NCBI GenBank assembly: GCA_035711645.1
Contig: DASTBX010000078.1
Coordinates: forward strand, 1-51,865
Length of the DNA: 51,865 nt
Direction: 5' to 3'
Source: Gaiellaceae bacterium
GTDB taxonomy: Bacteria; Actinomycetota; Thermoleophilia; Gaiellales; Gaiellaceae
Shown here: in pieces, positions 44,303 to 51,865 of the stretch
Layout of the letters: each line of letters starts with the position of its first letter
Position numbering within the stretch: the stretch's first letter is position 1
Position numbers and translations under genes: made by a program
Notes under the pieces: model-generated
Seen by the model: the letters and a program-made list of their open reading frames with translations, nothing else
Told to the model about the DNA's origin: nothing
The model's database searches: none

Positions 44303-45379
44303 GTGCGCCTGCTCATCGTTGACGACGACCCGGGCCTCCGGGCGCTCTTCCGGACGACGTTCGAGATCGTGGACGTGGAGGTGGACGAGGCCTCCGGCGG
44401 GCTCGAGGCGCTGGAGGCGGTCGCGCGGCGCCGTCCCGACGCGATCGTGGTCGACGTCCGCATGCCCGGGATGGACGGGCTCGAGCTCTGCCGGCGCATC
44501 AAGGCCGACTCGGACCTGGCAGGCATTGCCGTCGTGCTCCTCTCCGGCTCGGGCGAGGAAGGCGCGCGGCGGGCCGACGAGGTCGGCGCCGACGCCTTCG
44601 TGCGCAAGCCGTTCAGCCCGCTCGAGCTGCTCGAGGTGGTCGGACGCGTGGCGGGCGGGCTCGGGCCGGTGGCGCCCAGCCGGGCGGCGGGCGAGGCGGC
44701 GGTTGCCGACGAGGGCCAGCTCCTCCTCTACGCGCGCGATCTGCGCCACCTGCTCGAGCTCGAGCGCGGCCAGCGGCTCCTTCTCGAGAACGCCTACAAC
44801 GAGACGGTCGCCGCCCTCGCGAGCGCGCTCGAGTCGAAGGACACCGGCACGCGCGCGCACTCGCAGCGTGTGCAGCGGTACGCCCTCGAGCTGGCGAGCC
44901 ACCTGGATCCCGACCTCGTCGACGACCCGAGCGCCGAGTACGGCTTCCTGCTCCACGACGTCGGCAAGATCGGGATCCCCGACCGGATCCTCCGGAAGCC
45001 GGGCCCCCTGAGCGAGGGCGAGACGCGTCTCATGAGGACGCACACCCTGCTCGGCGAGCAGATGCTGGGCGGTGTCGCGTTCCTGCAGGGCGAAGGGCTG
45101 CGCGTCGTGCGCTCGCACCATGAGCGCTGGGACGGGGACGGCTATCCGGACGGGCTGGCCGGGACCGACATTCCGCTCTCGGCACGGGTCTTCGCGGTCG
45201 CCGACGCGCTCGACGCGATGACGAGCGACCGCCCCTACCGGAGCGCGCTCACCTGGGGCGCCGCGGGCCGGGAGATCGTGGCCGAGGCGGGGCGGCAGTT
45301 CGATCCGGGCGTCGTGCGGGCGTTCGCCGCGCGCGAGGCGTCCCTGCGGGCCGTGCGCATCGAGTTCGCCGCCGTCTAG
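44303..45379 (+). CDS. response regulator with HD-GYP output domain (c-di-GMP phosphodiesterase type)
   Basis: REC domain (LIVDDD, DVRMPGMDG, KPF). HD-GYP motifs LLHDVGKIGIP and HHERWDGDGYPDGL. SD GAAGGAG upstream. Confidence 0.9.
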   Translation: MRLLIVDDDPGLRALFRTTFEIVDVEVDEASGGLEALEAVARRRPDAIVVDVRMPGMDGLELCRRIKADSDLAGIAVVLLSGSGEEGARRADEVGADAFVRKPFSPLELLEVVGRVAGGLGPVAPSRAAGEAAVADEGQLLLYARDLRHLLELERGQRLLLENAYNETVAALASALESKDTGTRAHSQRVQRYALELASHLDPDLVDDPSAEYGFLLHDVGKIGIPDRILRKPGPLSEGETRLMRTHTLLGEQMLGGVAFLQGEGLRVVRSHHERWDGDGYPDGLAGTDIPLSARVFAVADALDAMTSDRPYRSALTWGAAGREIVAEAGRQFDPGVVRAFAAREASLRAVRIEFAAV

Positions 45380-45495
45380 GAGGTGTTGGCGGGATGTTGC
45401 GCGTCCCGGCGGCATAGACCATATTCCGCCAAGCCCTCCTGGCGCTCCCTCGTTCGGGGCTGGAAGCCGGCAGCGGTGCGGCCGATCCTCCGACC

Positions 45496-46203
45496 ATGCG
45501 GAGGATCGCCCTCGCTCTCGTGCTCGCGCTCGCGGCGATCCTCCCGCTCGGCTGCGCCGGCCCCGAGGGGCAGCGCGCGCAGGAGCTGCTCGCCCGGTCC
45601 GACCGCGCCGTCGCCGAGGTCGAGTCGCTGCGGTTCGCTGGACGCATCTGGATGGAGACGCCGGTCGGCGACTTCACCTTCGTCATGCGCGGCGGCGGGA
45701 CGACCAAGCGCGGCGGCGCCTCGTACATGACGATGGAGGCGCCCGACGTGCCGCAGTTCCCGGGACTGAGCGTCGTCGTCCGCGGGCAGACGGCCTGGGT
45801 GAAGGCCGGGGGGTCGTGGGAGCGGACCGAGCTTCCCCCTCAGAGTGCCGTCGGCGTCGAGCAGTTCGACTTCACGCCGTACGTCAAGGACGTGGACGTC
45901 GACGACGGCCACCAGGTGGCCGGCGAGCCGGCGGTGAAGCTGACCGGCGTGCTCGACACGGCCGGGCTCGTGAACGGCCTCTTCAGCCAGCTCGGGTCGG
46001 TGCCCGGCGGCGCAATGCCCGACCTCTCGCAGAGCCTCGGGGACACGAGGATCGTCCTCTACGTCTCGGAGGTCAGCCACCTGCCTCTGCGGACGCTCAT
46101 GGACCTGAGCGTCGAGGAGGCCGGGGAGCGCTACGAGCTCCACATGGACTTCGCCGTGAGCGGCATCGACGAGCCGGTGAAGATCCCGCGCGTCGGCGGG
46201 TAG
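45496..46203 (+). CDS. lipoprotein (LolA/LppX-like size and pattern)
   Basis: Lipobox MRRIALALVLALAAILPLGC. The family assignment is tentative. Confidence 0.65.
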   Translation: MRRIALALVLALAAILPLGCAGPEGQRAQELLARSDRAVAEVESLRFAGRIWMETPVGDFTFVMRGGGTTKRGGASYMTMEAPDVPQFPGLSVVVRGQTAWVKAGGSWERTELPPQSAVGVEQFDFTPYVKDVDVDDGHQVAGEPAVKLTGVLDTAGLVNGLFSQLGSVPGGAMPDLSQSLGDTRIVLYVSEVSHLPLRTLMDLSVEEAGERYELHMDFAVSGIDEPVKIPRVGG

Positions 46204-46218
46204 CCGACAGGGCGCTTC

Positions 46219-46224
46219 TATACT
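46219..46224 (+). promoter_or_regulatory. candidate -10 box TATACT, 6 nt before GTG 46231
   Basis: TANNNT hexamer, no SD. Confidence 0.4.
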
Positions 46225-46230
46225 CGGCGC

Positions 46231-46815
46231 GTGCGACGCCGCGACGAGCCCGTCCGCCTGACGCGGATCTACACGCGCGCCGGGGACGACGGCGAGACGA
46301 GCCTCGGCGAGGGCACCCGCGTGTCGAAGACGGACCCGCGGATCGTCACGTACGGGACGGTGGACGAGCTCAACTCCCTGGTCGGGCTCGCGCTCGCCGC
46401 CGACGTCCCCGGGGAGTTCAGGCCGTGGCTGCAGGCCATCCAGAACGACCTCTTCGACCTCGGCGCCGACTTCTCCGTGCCGCTCGAGGCGGCGGAGGAG
46501 GGCCGCACGCGGCTGCGGGTGACGGCCGAGCAGGTCGGGCGCCTCGAAGGCCTCTGCGACCTCGTGAACGCGCGGCTCGAGCCGCTCCGGAGCTTCGTCC
46601 TCCCGGGCGGCACGGAGGCCGCCGCGCGCCTCCACGTCGCCCGCAGCGTCTGCCGCCGGGCCGAGCGGCTCGCCGTGGCGCTCGCCGAGGACTATCCCGT
46701 CAACCCGGCTGCGCTCGCGTACCTGAATCGGCTCTCCGACCTCCTCTTCATCCTCGCGCGGGCGGCCAACGCGGGCTCGGCCGAGGCCCTGTGGCGCCCC
46801 GGCGGGGAGCCCTGA
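46231..46815 (+). CDS. PduO-type ATP:cob(I)alamin adenosyltransferase
   Basis: IYTRAGDDGETSL, DELNS.VG, IQNDLFDLGADF, and LNRLSDLLFILAR. Confidence 0.9.
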   Translation: MRRRDEPVRLTRIYTRAGDDGETSLGEGTRVSKTDPRIVTYGTVDELNSLVGLALAADVPGEFRPWLQAIQNDLFDLGADFSVPLEAAEEGRTRLRVTAEQVGRLEGLCDLVNARLEPLRSFVLPGGTEAAARLHVARSVCRRAERLAVALAEDYPVNPAALAYLNRLSDLLFILARAANAGSAEALWRPGGEP

Positions 46816-46956
46816 GCCCACGGCCGACCCCGGCCTTGTGTTCCACGCGCACGAGCGCTCCCGTCGGCTCGAGCGCGCTCTCTCGGCGAGGAAGGCCGCG
46901 ATCGAGCTCGTGCTTGTGAAACACAAAGTCTCCGTGGGGCCCGCCGCGGGCGGCGG

Positions 46957-47697
46957 GTGACGCTCGAGCTCGCGGTCGCCGGTGCCGGTTCCTTCGTCGC
47001 CGGCTTCCTGGGCTCGCTCGTCGGCCTCGTGCTCGGGAGCCTGCGGCTGCCCGCGGTGCTCCTCGCTTCGGGAAGCCCGGCCGCGGCGGCGGGCGCGAAC
47101 ATCGCAGTGAGCGCCGCGGCGGCGCTCACGGGCGGGCTCGCGCACGCGCGGGCCGGCCGCGTGAGCTGGCCGATCGTGGCCTGGATGACGCCTCCCTCGG
47201 TGGCCGGCGCCTTCGCCGGTGGCTACTTCGCCCACGCCGTGCCCTCCCGGCTCCTGCTGGCCGGGATCGCGCTGCTGCTCGCCTGGAACGGCCTCGACCT
47301 CCTGCTCGAGCTGCGCGCCGCGCCGGAAACACGGCGTCCGCGGCTGGCCGCGGTCGTCTCCGGCGGCCTCATCGGGCTCCTGGGCGGCGCCGTCGGGCTC
47401 ATCCTGGGCACGCTCCGCCTGCCGGCGCTCCTCCGCAGCGTCGGGCTCACCGCGCATGCCGCCGTGGGGACGAACCTCGTCGTCGGCTTCTTCCTCGGCA
47501 CGGCGGGCTTCGCCGGGCACCTCGCGAGGCTCGAGGTCGACTGGGCCGTGCTCGCGGTCAGCCTGGCCGGCGCCGTCCCCGGCGCCTGGCTCGGGGCCCG
47601 CTACACCGGTCGGGTGCCCGAGGCGCTGCTCCGCCGGCTCGTCGGCGTCGCCCTGCTGGCCGTCGCCGCGGCGATCGCGGTCGCCGCCGCCGTCTAG
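46957..47697 (+). CDS. TauE/SafE (DUF81) family anion exporter membrane protein
   Basis: About 7-8 TM segments with the duplicated G.LGG..G.G.G pattern typical of the family. GTG start. Confidence 0.75.
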   Translation: MTLELAVAGAGSFVAGFLGSLVGLVLGSLRLPAVLLASGSPAAAAGANIAVSAAAALTGGLAHARAGRVSWPIVAWMTPPSVAGAFAGGYFAHAVPSRLLLAGIALLLAWNGLDLLLELRAAPETRRPRLAAVVSGGLIGLLGGAVGLILGTLRLPALLRSVGLTAHAAVGTNLVVGFFLGTAGFAGHLARLEVDWAVLAVSLAGAVPGAWLGARYTGRVPEALLRRLVGVALLAVAAAIAVAAAV

Positions 47698-47823
47698 GCC
47701 CGGGGGCCGCCACGGGCCTCGACGGCGCCCACGCGGCATTCGAACGGCAGGATGCTCAGGTGATCGGCCGTTGCGTGGAAGGACGTCCCGCGCGTTGAAT
47801 GCCGCCTCAGGTGAGCGCCAAGG

Positions 47824-48405
47824 TCACATCCGGCGGCACTGATCTTCCTTGTTGCCGCTCACCTGGTTGTGGTCGCCGGTCGGCCTGGGTCTGTTGCTCT
47901 TGCACTGGAGGTTGCCGTCGATGACGTTGCGGTGGATGCGGTAGCCGTTCCGGTTCGAGAAGGCTTGCAGGTCGCCGTCGATCCGGTTCTTCACGGCGTA
48001 CTGCCGGCGGGTGTTCTGCTTCGACTGGAGGTTGCCGCCGATAACGGCCCGGCGGATCTCGCTGGAGCGACCCGAGGTCAACTGGACGTCGCCGCCGACG
48101 CGGGTGCGGACGTACCTGCCGTCGACCGTGCGGCGGAGGACCTCGACGAGCCGGTGGTTCTCGGCCTGGATGTTTCCGCCGACCCTGACGCCGCGGGCGA
48201 TGAGCCGAGCGTTCGCCCGGACGAAGACGTTGTCGTCGACCCGGGTCCCGTTCAGCCGACAGGTCTTCCCGCGGGGGACGATGACGTTCCCGTCGATGGA
48301 GCGCGCACCGATCGTGCCGGTACAACGACGGTCCTCGGCGTGTGCGGGCGCGGCAGTGACGAGGAGAGCCGCCAGGACGACGGTCATGATGACCATTTGT
48401 TTCAT
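47824..48405 (-). CDS. secreted repeat protein (beta-helix-like I/V-x-G-N/D-hydrophobic-Q repeats)
   Basis: SD GGAAGGGGA precedes ATG 48405. Signal peptide MKQMVIMTVVLAALLVTAAPAHA. At least 7 spaced repeats (IDGNVIV, VDDNVFV, VGGNIQA, VGGDVQL, IGGNLQS, IDGDLQA, IDGNLQC). Confidence 0.75.
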   Translation of the reverse strand: MKQMVIMTVVLAALLVTAAPAHAEDRRCTGTIGARSIDGNVIVPRGKTCRLNGTRVDDNVFVRANARLIARGVRVGGNIQAENHRLVEVLRRTVDGRYVRTRVGGDVQLTSGRSSEIRRAVIGGNLQSKQNTRRQYAVKNRIDGDLQAFSNRNGYRIHRNVIDGNLQCKSNRPRPTGDHNQVSGNKEDQCRRM

Positions 48406-48809
48406 GGAGTCCCCTTCCGGGAGGCGTGCGAACGTCTTCCGACGAGCATGACCCGCGCCGATAAGAGATGGATGAATCCTGAATGAGGTAGTTCTCATGT
48501 CGTGTGTTCATGTAGCGACGGCCCGCTCAGGGAGCTGAGGTCGGATGGGTCAGTTGACCGCGGGGCTCATGCGTCTGCGCCTGCATGCTCGCGACGTCGG
48601 CGGCAGGCCGCCTACGGATCCTGGCCCGGATGCACCTTCCGGCCATACCGACGATCGGCCCGCAGCCGCTCGGCGAGCATCTTCTTGCGGTAGACCAGCG
48701 CGTTGCGAAACGCCTTTGCGCGACTGACCGCCAGAGAGTCCCTTCGTTCTCCCCTCACAGCCGGTGCCTTCCGCCCGCTATACGCCGCCAAACACTCGTG
48801 CCGTCCCTC

Positions 48810-51800
48810 CTAGGGCCGGAAGCCGGCGAGGCCCCGCAGGGCCCGGGCGACGCTCCGTGCGAGCCGCACGTCCCAGAGCAGCTCTTCGCCGCCGGGCGCG
48901 CCGGGGCGGAACGGGCGGCGGGCCCGGAGGATGGCGGCGAAGCCGACCGAGAAGGCCGCCACGAGGAGCCCGAAGCCGAGCTCCTGCCGCAGCTCGCCGA
49001 GGCTAGCGCCGCGGACCCTGGTGAAGGGGAGGGCGAAGCCGCCGCCGGTCTCGGTGGCGTCGCCGGCCTCGACGGTCGGGATCTCGTCCGCAGGAGCCGC
49101 GGGGACGGGCGTCGGCGCCGCGGTCGGGGCGGGCGCCGGGGTCGGCGCGCTCGGCGGCGGCGGGCCTGCCGAGGGCGCCGTGGGCGAGAAGGCCACGGGC
49201 CGGCGCGTGGAGCCGGCGCCCTTCGAGACCGTGAGCGCGATCTTCGTGCCGGCCCGGCGGAGCCCGGCGGGGGCCGCCAGGACCCTGCCCCTCGCCACGG
49301 ACGCGGAGCGCTTGTACGTCAGCTTCCCGACCCTGAATCCGCGCTTCCTGAGGGCCTTCTTCGCAGCGGCGAGCGTGCTCTTCTTCACCTTCGGGACGAC
49401 CTTGAGCGCGTAGCTCTTCGTGCCCACGTTGCCGGCCTCGTCGACCGCGGCGATGCGGAAGGAGCGGCCGTCCGTGGCGCGGAAGGAGCCCATCCCGACC
49501 GAGCGGGCTGCCGCGCCGACCGTCTTCGCGACGGCCGTGCCGGAGTAGATCCGGTAGGCGGCCACGACGCCCGAGTTGTCGCTCGCCGCCGACCACGCGA
49601 GGCGGAAGGTCTGGCGTGAGACCACGCCTCGAAAGCCACGTGGAGCGGACGGCCCCTGGACGTCCGCGAGCAGGGCGAAGGTGGTCAGGTGGCGGGTGTA
49701 GATCCGCACGTTCGTCCCGTCACGCTCGAAGCCGTCCTCCCAGGAGGCGGGCAGGCCGCCGCCGTCGGGCACCGCCGCGAGCGCCCGCCAGCTCCCGCCC
49801 TCGAGCGTCGCGGGGAGGACGCCCGCGACCGCGTTGTCGATCTCGAGCTCGAGCGGGAGGGCGAAGGAGGTGACGGCGGAGCCGGCCAGCGCCCAGTACG
49901 CCGTCGCGTCGAACGAGTCGCCGGCGGGCTGGAAGCCGTTCGCCGGAGCGCCGGCCGGCTGCGGGTCGAGGCGGACGACGAGCCAGTCGTCAGCCGGCGC
50001 GCCCGTCCACGCGCCCGCGGGAACGGTGATGGTCGCCTCGTCGCTCGAGGAGCGGAGCGCCGTGGCCGCGGCCGCGAACGAGTTCTTCTCCACGTAGGGA
50101 CGGTCGGCGCCCGCGCCCGACCAGACGGTGAAGTGGACCCGGATCGGCTGCCGGTTCCCGGCCAGGTCCTCGAGCTCGCCGGAGAGGACGTGCGGCCCGT
50201 CCGCGAAGGCGGCGGCATATGTCACGGAGCCGCCCGAGACGGTCGGTGCCGGCGCGGCCGTTCCGTCGATCTCGGCGCCGACGACGCCGGTGACGTCCTC
50301 GCTCGCCGCGAGGGCCAGGGAGCCGGCGGCGGCGACGGTCGTTCCGTCCGCGGGCGCCGACGAGGCGAGGCTCGGCTTCGTGTTGTCCACGCGCCGGCCG
50401 GCTACGGGCGCCGATGCGCTCGAGTTGCCGGCGTTGTCCGTCACCACGACGCGAAGGTCGTAGAGGCCGTCCGCGACAGAGGTCGTGTCCCAGGAAGCCG
50501 GGACGGCCGCCCACGATGCCGCGCCCGCCGGAGACCGCTCGTAGCTCACGCTCGCCACGCCCGAGCCCGCGTCGCTCGTCGCCGAGGTCAGGGTGACGGT
50601 GGAGCGCAGGTAGGCGCCCGGGTCGTTCATGGTGGCGCCCGGGGCCGTGTTGTCGACGACGCGGTCCTCGACGACCGCAGAGGGAGTCGAGTTGCCCGCG
50701 TTGTCGGTGACCACGACGCGCAGGTCGTAGGCGCCGTCGGGCTCGCCGGTCGTCTCCCAGGAGAGCCCGTAGGGATCGGTGTCGTCGACGCCGAGCGGCG
50801 TCCACGTGCCCGCTCCGGCCGGGGAGAGCTGGAACTCGACCTCCTGGACGCCCGCGCCGGCATCGGTCGGAGACGCGCTGAGGGCGACCGTGCCGCTCAG
50901 GTAGGCGCCGGGGTCGGCGACCCCGCCGCCGGGCGGCGTCGCGTCGACGCTCCACGCGTGGGAGGCTGGCGAGCCGTCGGTGTTGCCGGCGGGGTCGGTG
51001 GCGCGGACCTGGAAGGTGTGGGGGCCGTCGGCGAGGCCGGCGAGGGTCTCGGGGCTCGTGCAGGCGCTCCAGGCGCCGCCGTCGAAGCGGCACTCGAAGG
51101 TGGAGCCGGCCTCGTCGGCGGAGAACTCGAACACGGGCGCGGAGCTCGCGCTCGGGTCCGAAGGCGCGACGTCGATGGTCGTCTGGGGCGCGCCCGTGTC
51201 GACCGTCCACGAGAAGGTCGCGGGGGTGGCGTCCACGTTCCCGGCGGGGTCGGCGGCGCGGACGTCGAAGGTATGGGGGCCGTCGGCGAGGCCGGCGAGG
51301 GTCTCGGGGCTGGTGCAGGGCGTCCAGGCGCCGCCGTCGAGCCGGCACTCGAAGGTCGTCCCGACCTCGTTCGAGCTGACGTCGAAGCTCGCGCCCGCGC
51401 TCCCGCTGGGGTCGGCCGGAGCCGAGTCGATCGCCGTCGCGGGAACGGCGCGGTCGATCGTCACCGTCACGACGTCCTCGCCCGTGTTCGAGCCGGCGTC
51501 CGTGGCGCCGGCGCGCAGCGCGCGGGTCCCGTCGGCGTCGAGCGGCCAGGAGGCCTCGTACGGCGCGGTCGCGTCCGTGGCGAGCGAGACCCACGTGCCG
51601 GTGGCGCAGTCGCCGGAGTCGTCCGAGCAGCGGAAGAGCTCGACGCCGGTCAAGTCGCCGTCCGGGCTCGTGGCGCGGACCGTGTACGGGTCGGCGTCGG
51701 CGGCGTTCACGTAGCCCGGGGGCTGGACGAGCGTGACCGTGGGCGCGACGGCGTTCACGCTCCACGCGTGCTGCGCCGGGGTCGCGTCCGTGTTGCCGGC

Positions 51801-51865
51801 GGGGTCGGTGGCGCGGACCTGGAAGGTGTGGGGGCCGTCGGCGAGGCCGGCGAGGGTCTCGGGGC
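48810..51865 (-). CDS. very large surface protein: Ig-like repeats, FN3-like domain, PASTA domain, Pro-rich linker and C-terminal TM anchor (5' end outside the window)
   Basis: Repeated FECRLDGGAW.PCTSPETLAGLADGPHTF.VRA.DPAGN modules. PASTA-like VPKVKKSTLAAAKKALRKRGFRVGKLTYKRSASVARGRVLAAPAGLRRAGTKIALTVSKG. TM LGFGLLVAAFSVGFAAIL. The frame stays open to the window edge. Confidence 0.85.
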   Translation of the reverse strand, partial: PETLAGLADGPHTFQVRATDPAGNTDATPAQHAWSVNAVAPTVTLVQPPGYVNAADADPYTVRATSPDGDLTGVELFRCSDDSGDCATGTWVSLATDATAPYEASWPLDADGTRALRAGATDAGSNTGEDVVTVTIDRAVPATAIDSAPADPSGSAGASFDVSSNEVGTTFECRLDGGAWTPCTSPETLAGLADGPHTFDVRAADPAGNVDATPATFSWTVDTGAPQTTIDVAPSDPSASSAPVFEFSADEAGSTFECRFDGGAWSACTSPETLAGLADGPHTFQVRATDPAGNTDGSPASHAWSVDATPPGGGVADPGAYLSGTVALSASPTDAGAGVQEVEFQLSPAGAGTWTPLGVDDTDPYGLSWETTGEPDGAYDLRVVVTDNAGNSTPSAVVEDRVVDNTAPGATMNDPGAYLRSTVTLTSATSDAGSGVASVSYERSPAGAASWAAVPASWDTTSVADGLYDLRVVVTDNAGNSSASAPVAGRRVDNTKPSLASSAPADGTTVAAAGSLALAASEDVTGVVGAEIDGTAAPAPTVSGGSVTYAAAFADGPHVLSGELEDLAGNRQPIRVHFTVWSGAGADRPYVEKNSFAAAATALRSSSDEATITVPAGAWTGAPADDWLVVRLDPQPAGAPANGFQPAGDSFDATAYWALAGSAVTSFALPLELEIDNAVAGVLPATLEGGSWRALAAVPDGGGLPASWEDGFERDGTNVRIYTRHLTTFALLADVQGPSAPRGFRGVVSRQTFRLAWSAASDNSGVVAAYRIYSGTAVAKTVGAAARSVGMGSFRATDGRSFRIAAVDEAGNVGTKSYALKVVPKVKKSTLAAAKKALRKRGFRVGKLTYKRSASVARGRVLAAPAGLRRAGTKIALTVSKGAGSTRRPVAFSPTAPSAGPPPPSAPTPAPAPTAAPTPVPAAPADEIPTVEAGDATETGGGFALPFTRVRGASLGELRQELGFGLLVAAFSVGFAAILRARRPFRPGAPGGEELLWDVRLARSVARALRGLAGFRP
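50990..51065. repeat. 76-nt perfect intragenic direct repeat, copy 1 (identical to 51790-51865)
   Basis: Identical string gtgttgccggcggggtcggtggcgcggacctggaaggtgtgggggccgtcggcgaggccggcgagggtctcggggc exactly 800 nt away. A diverged third copy lies near 51237-51312. Confidence 0.9.
51790..51865. repeat. 76-nt perfect intragenic direct repeat, copy 2 (runs to the window end)
   Basis: See 50990-51065. Identity may continue beyond the window. Confidence 0.9.

Overview
Very GC-rich (by eye above 70 percent) bacterial chromosomal DNA with actinobacterial-type codon bias: third codon positions are almost all G/C, GTG starts are common, and adjacent genes often overlap by 1-4 nt. I call about 60 protein-coding genes. 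I found no rRNA, tRNA, CRISPR array, transposase or integrase. Most of the content is core metabolism and envelope functions. There is a complete trp operon on the minus strand (trpE-G-D, a spacer, a fused trpC/F, then trpB-A) preceded by a Trp-rich leader peptide and a terminator. Leucine-catabolism-type genes are scattered across the window: acyl-CoA dehydrogenase, biotin carboxylase/BCCP, enoyl-CoA hydratase and carboxyltransferase. Other recognisable genes are thiolase, 3-hydroxyacyl-CoA dehydrogenase, hisC, meaB, ilvA, pdxH, pepA, ggt and agmatinase. The items most worth a second look are listed here. (1) A ParA-like ATPase overlaps an FtsZ that carries a roughly 150-aa N-terminal extension and almost no C-terminal linker. 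(2) An orphan phage tail-tube-like gene sits in a three-gene mini-operon. (3) A perfect 36-nt G-rich repeat lies just 3' of two unrelated minus-strand genes. (4) The trpD to trpC/F spacer holds a duplicated 27-nt hairpin motif. (5) An ECF sigma factor is fused to a membrane/Ala-Pro-rich tail. (6) An uncalled 48-codon ORF is coupled to the carboxyltransferase. (7) A tandem-duplicated DUF4389 membrane protein overlaps an M48 peptidase. (8) A very large Ig-like/FN3/PASTA surface protein contains a 76-nt perfect intragenic repeat. (9) About ten genes have a TANNNT box 6-9 nt before the start codon, which suggests leaderless mRNAs. All functional calls rest on motifs read from the translations; no database search was possible.
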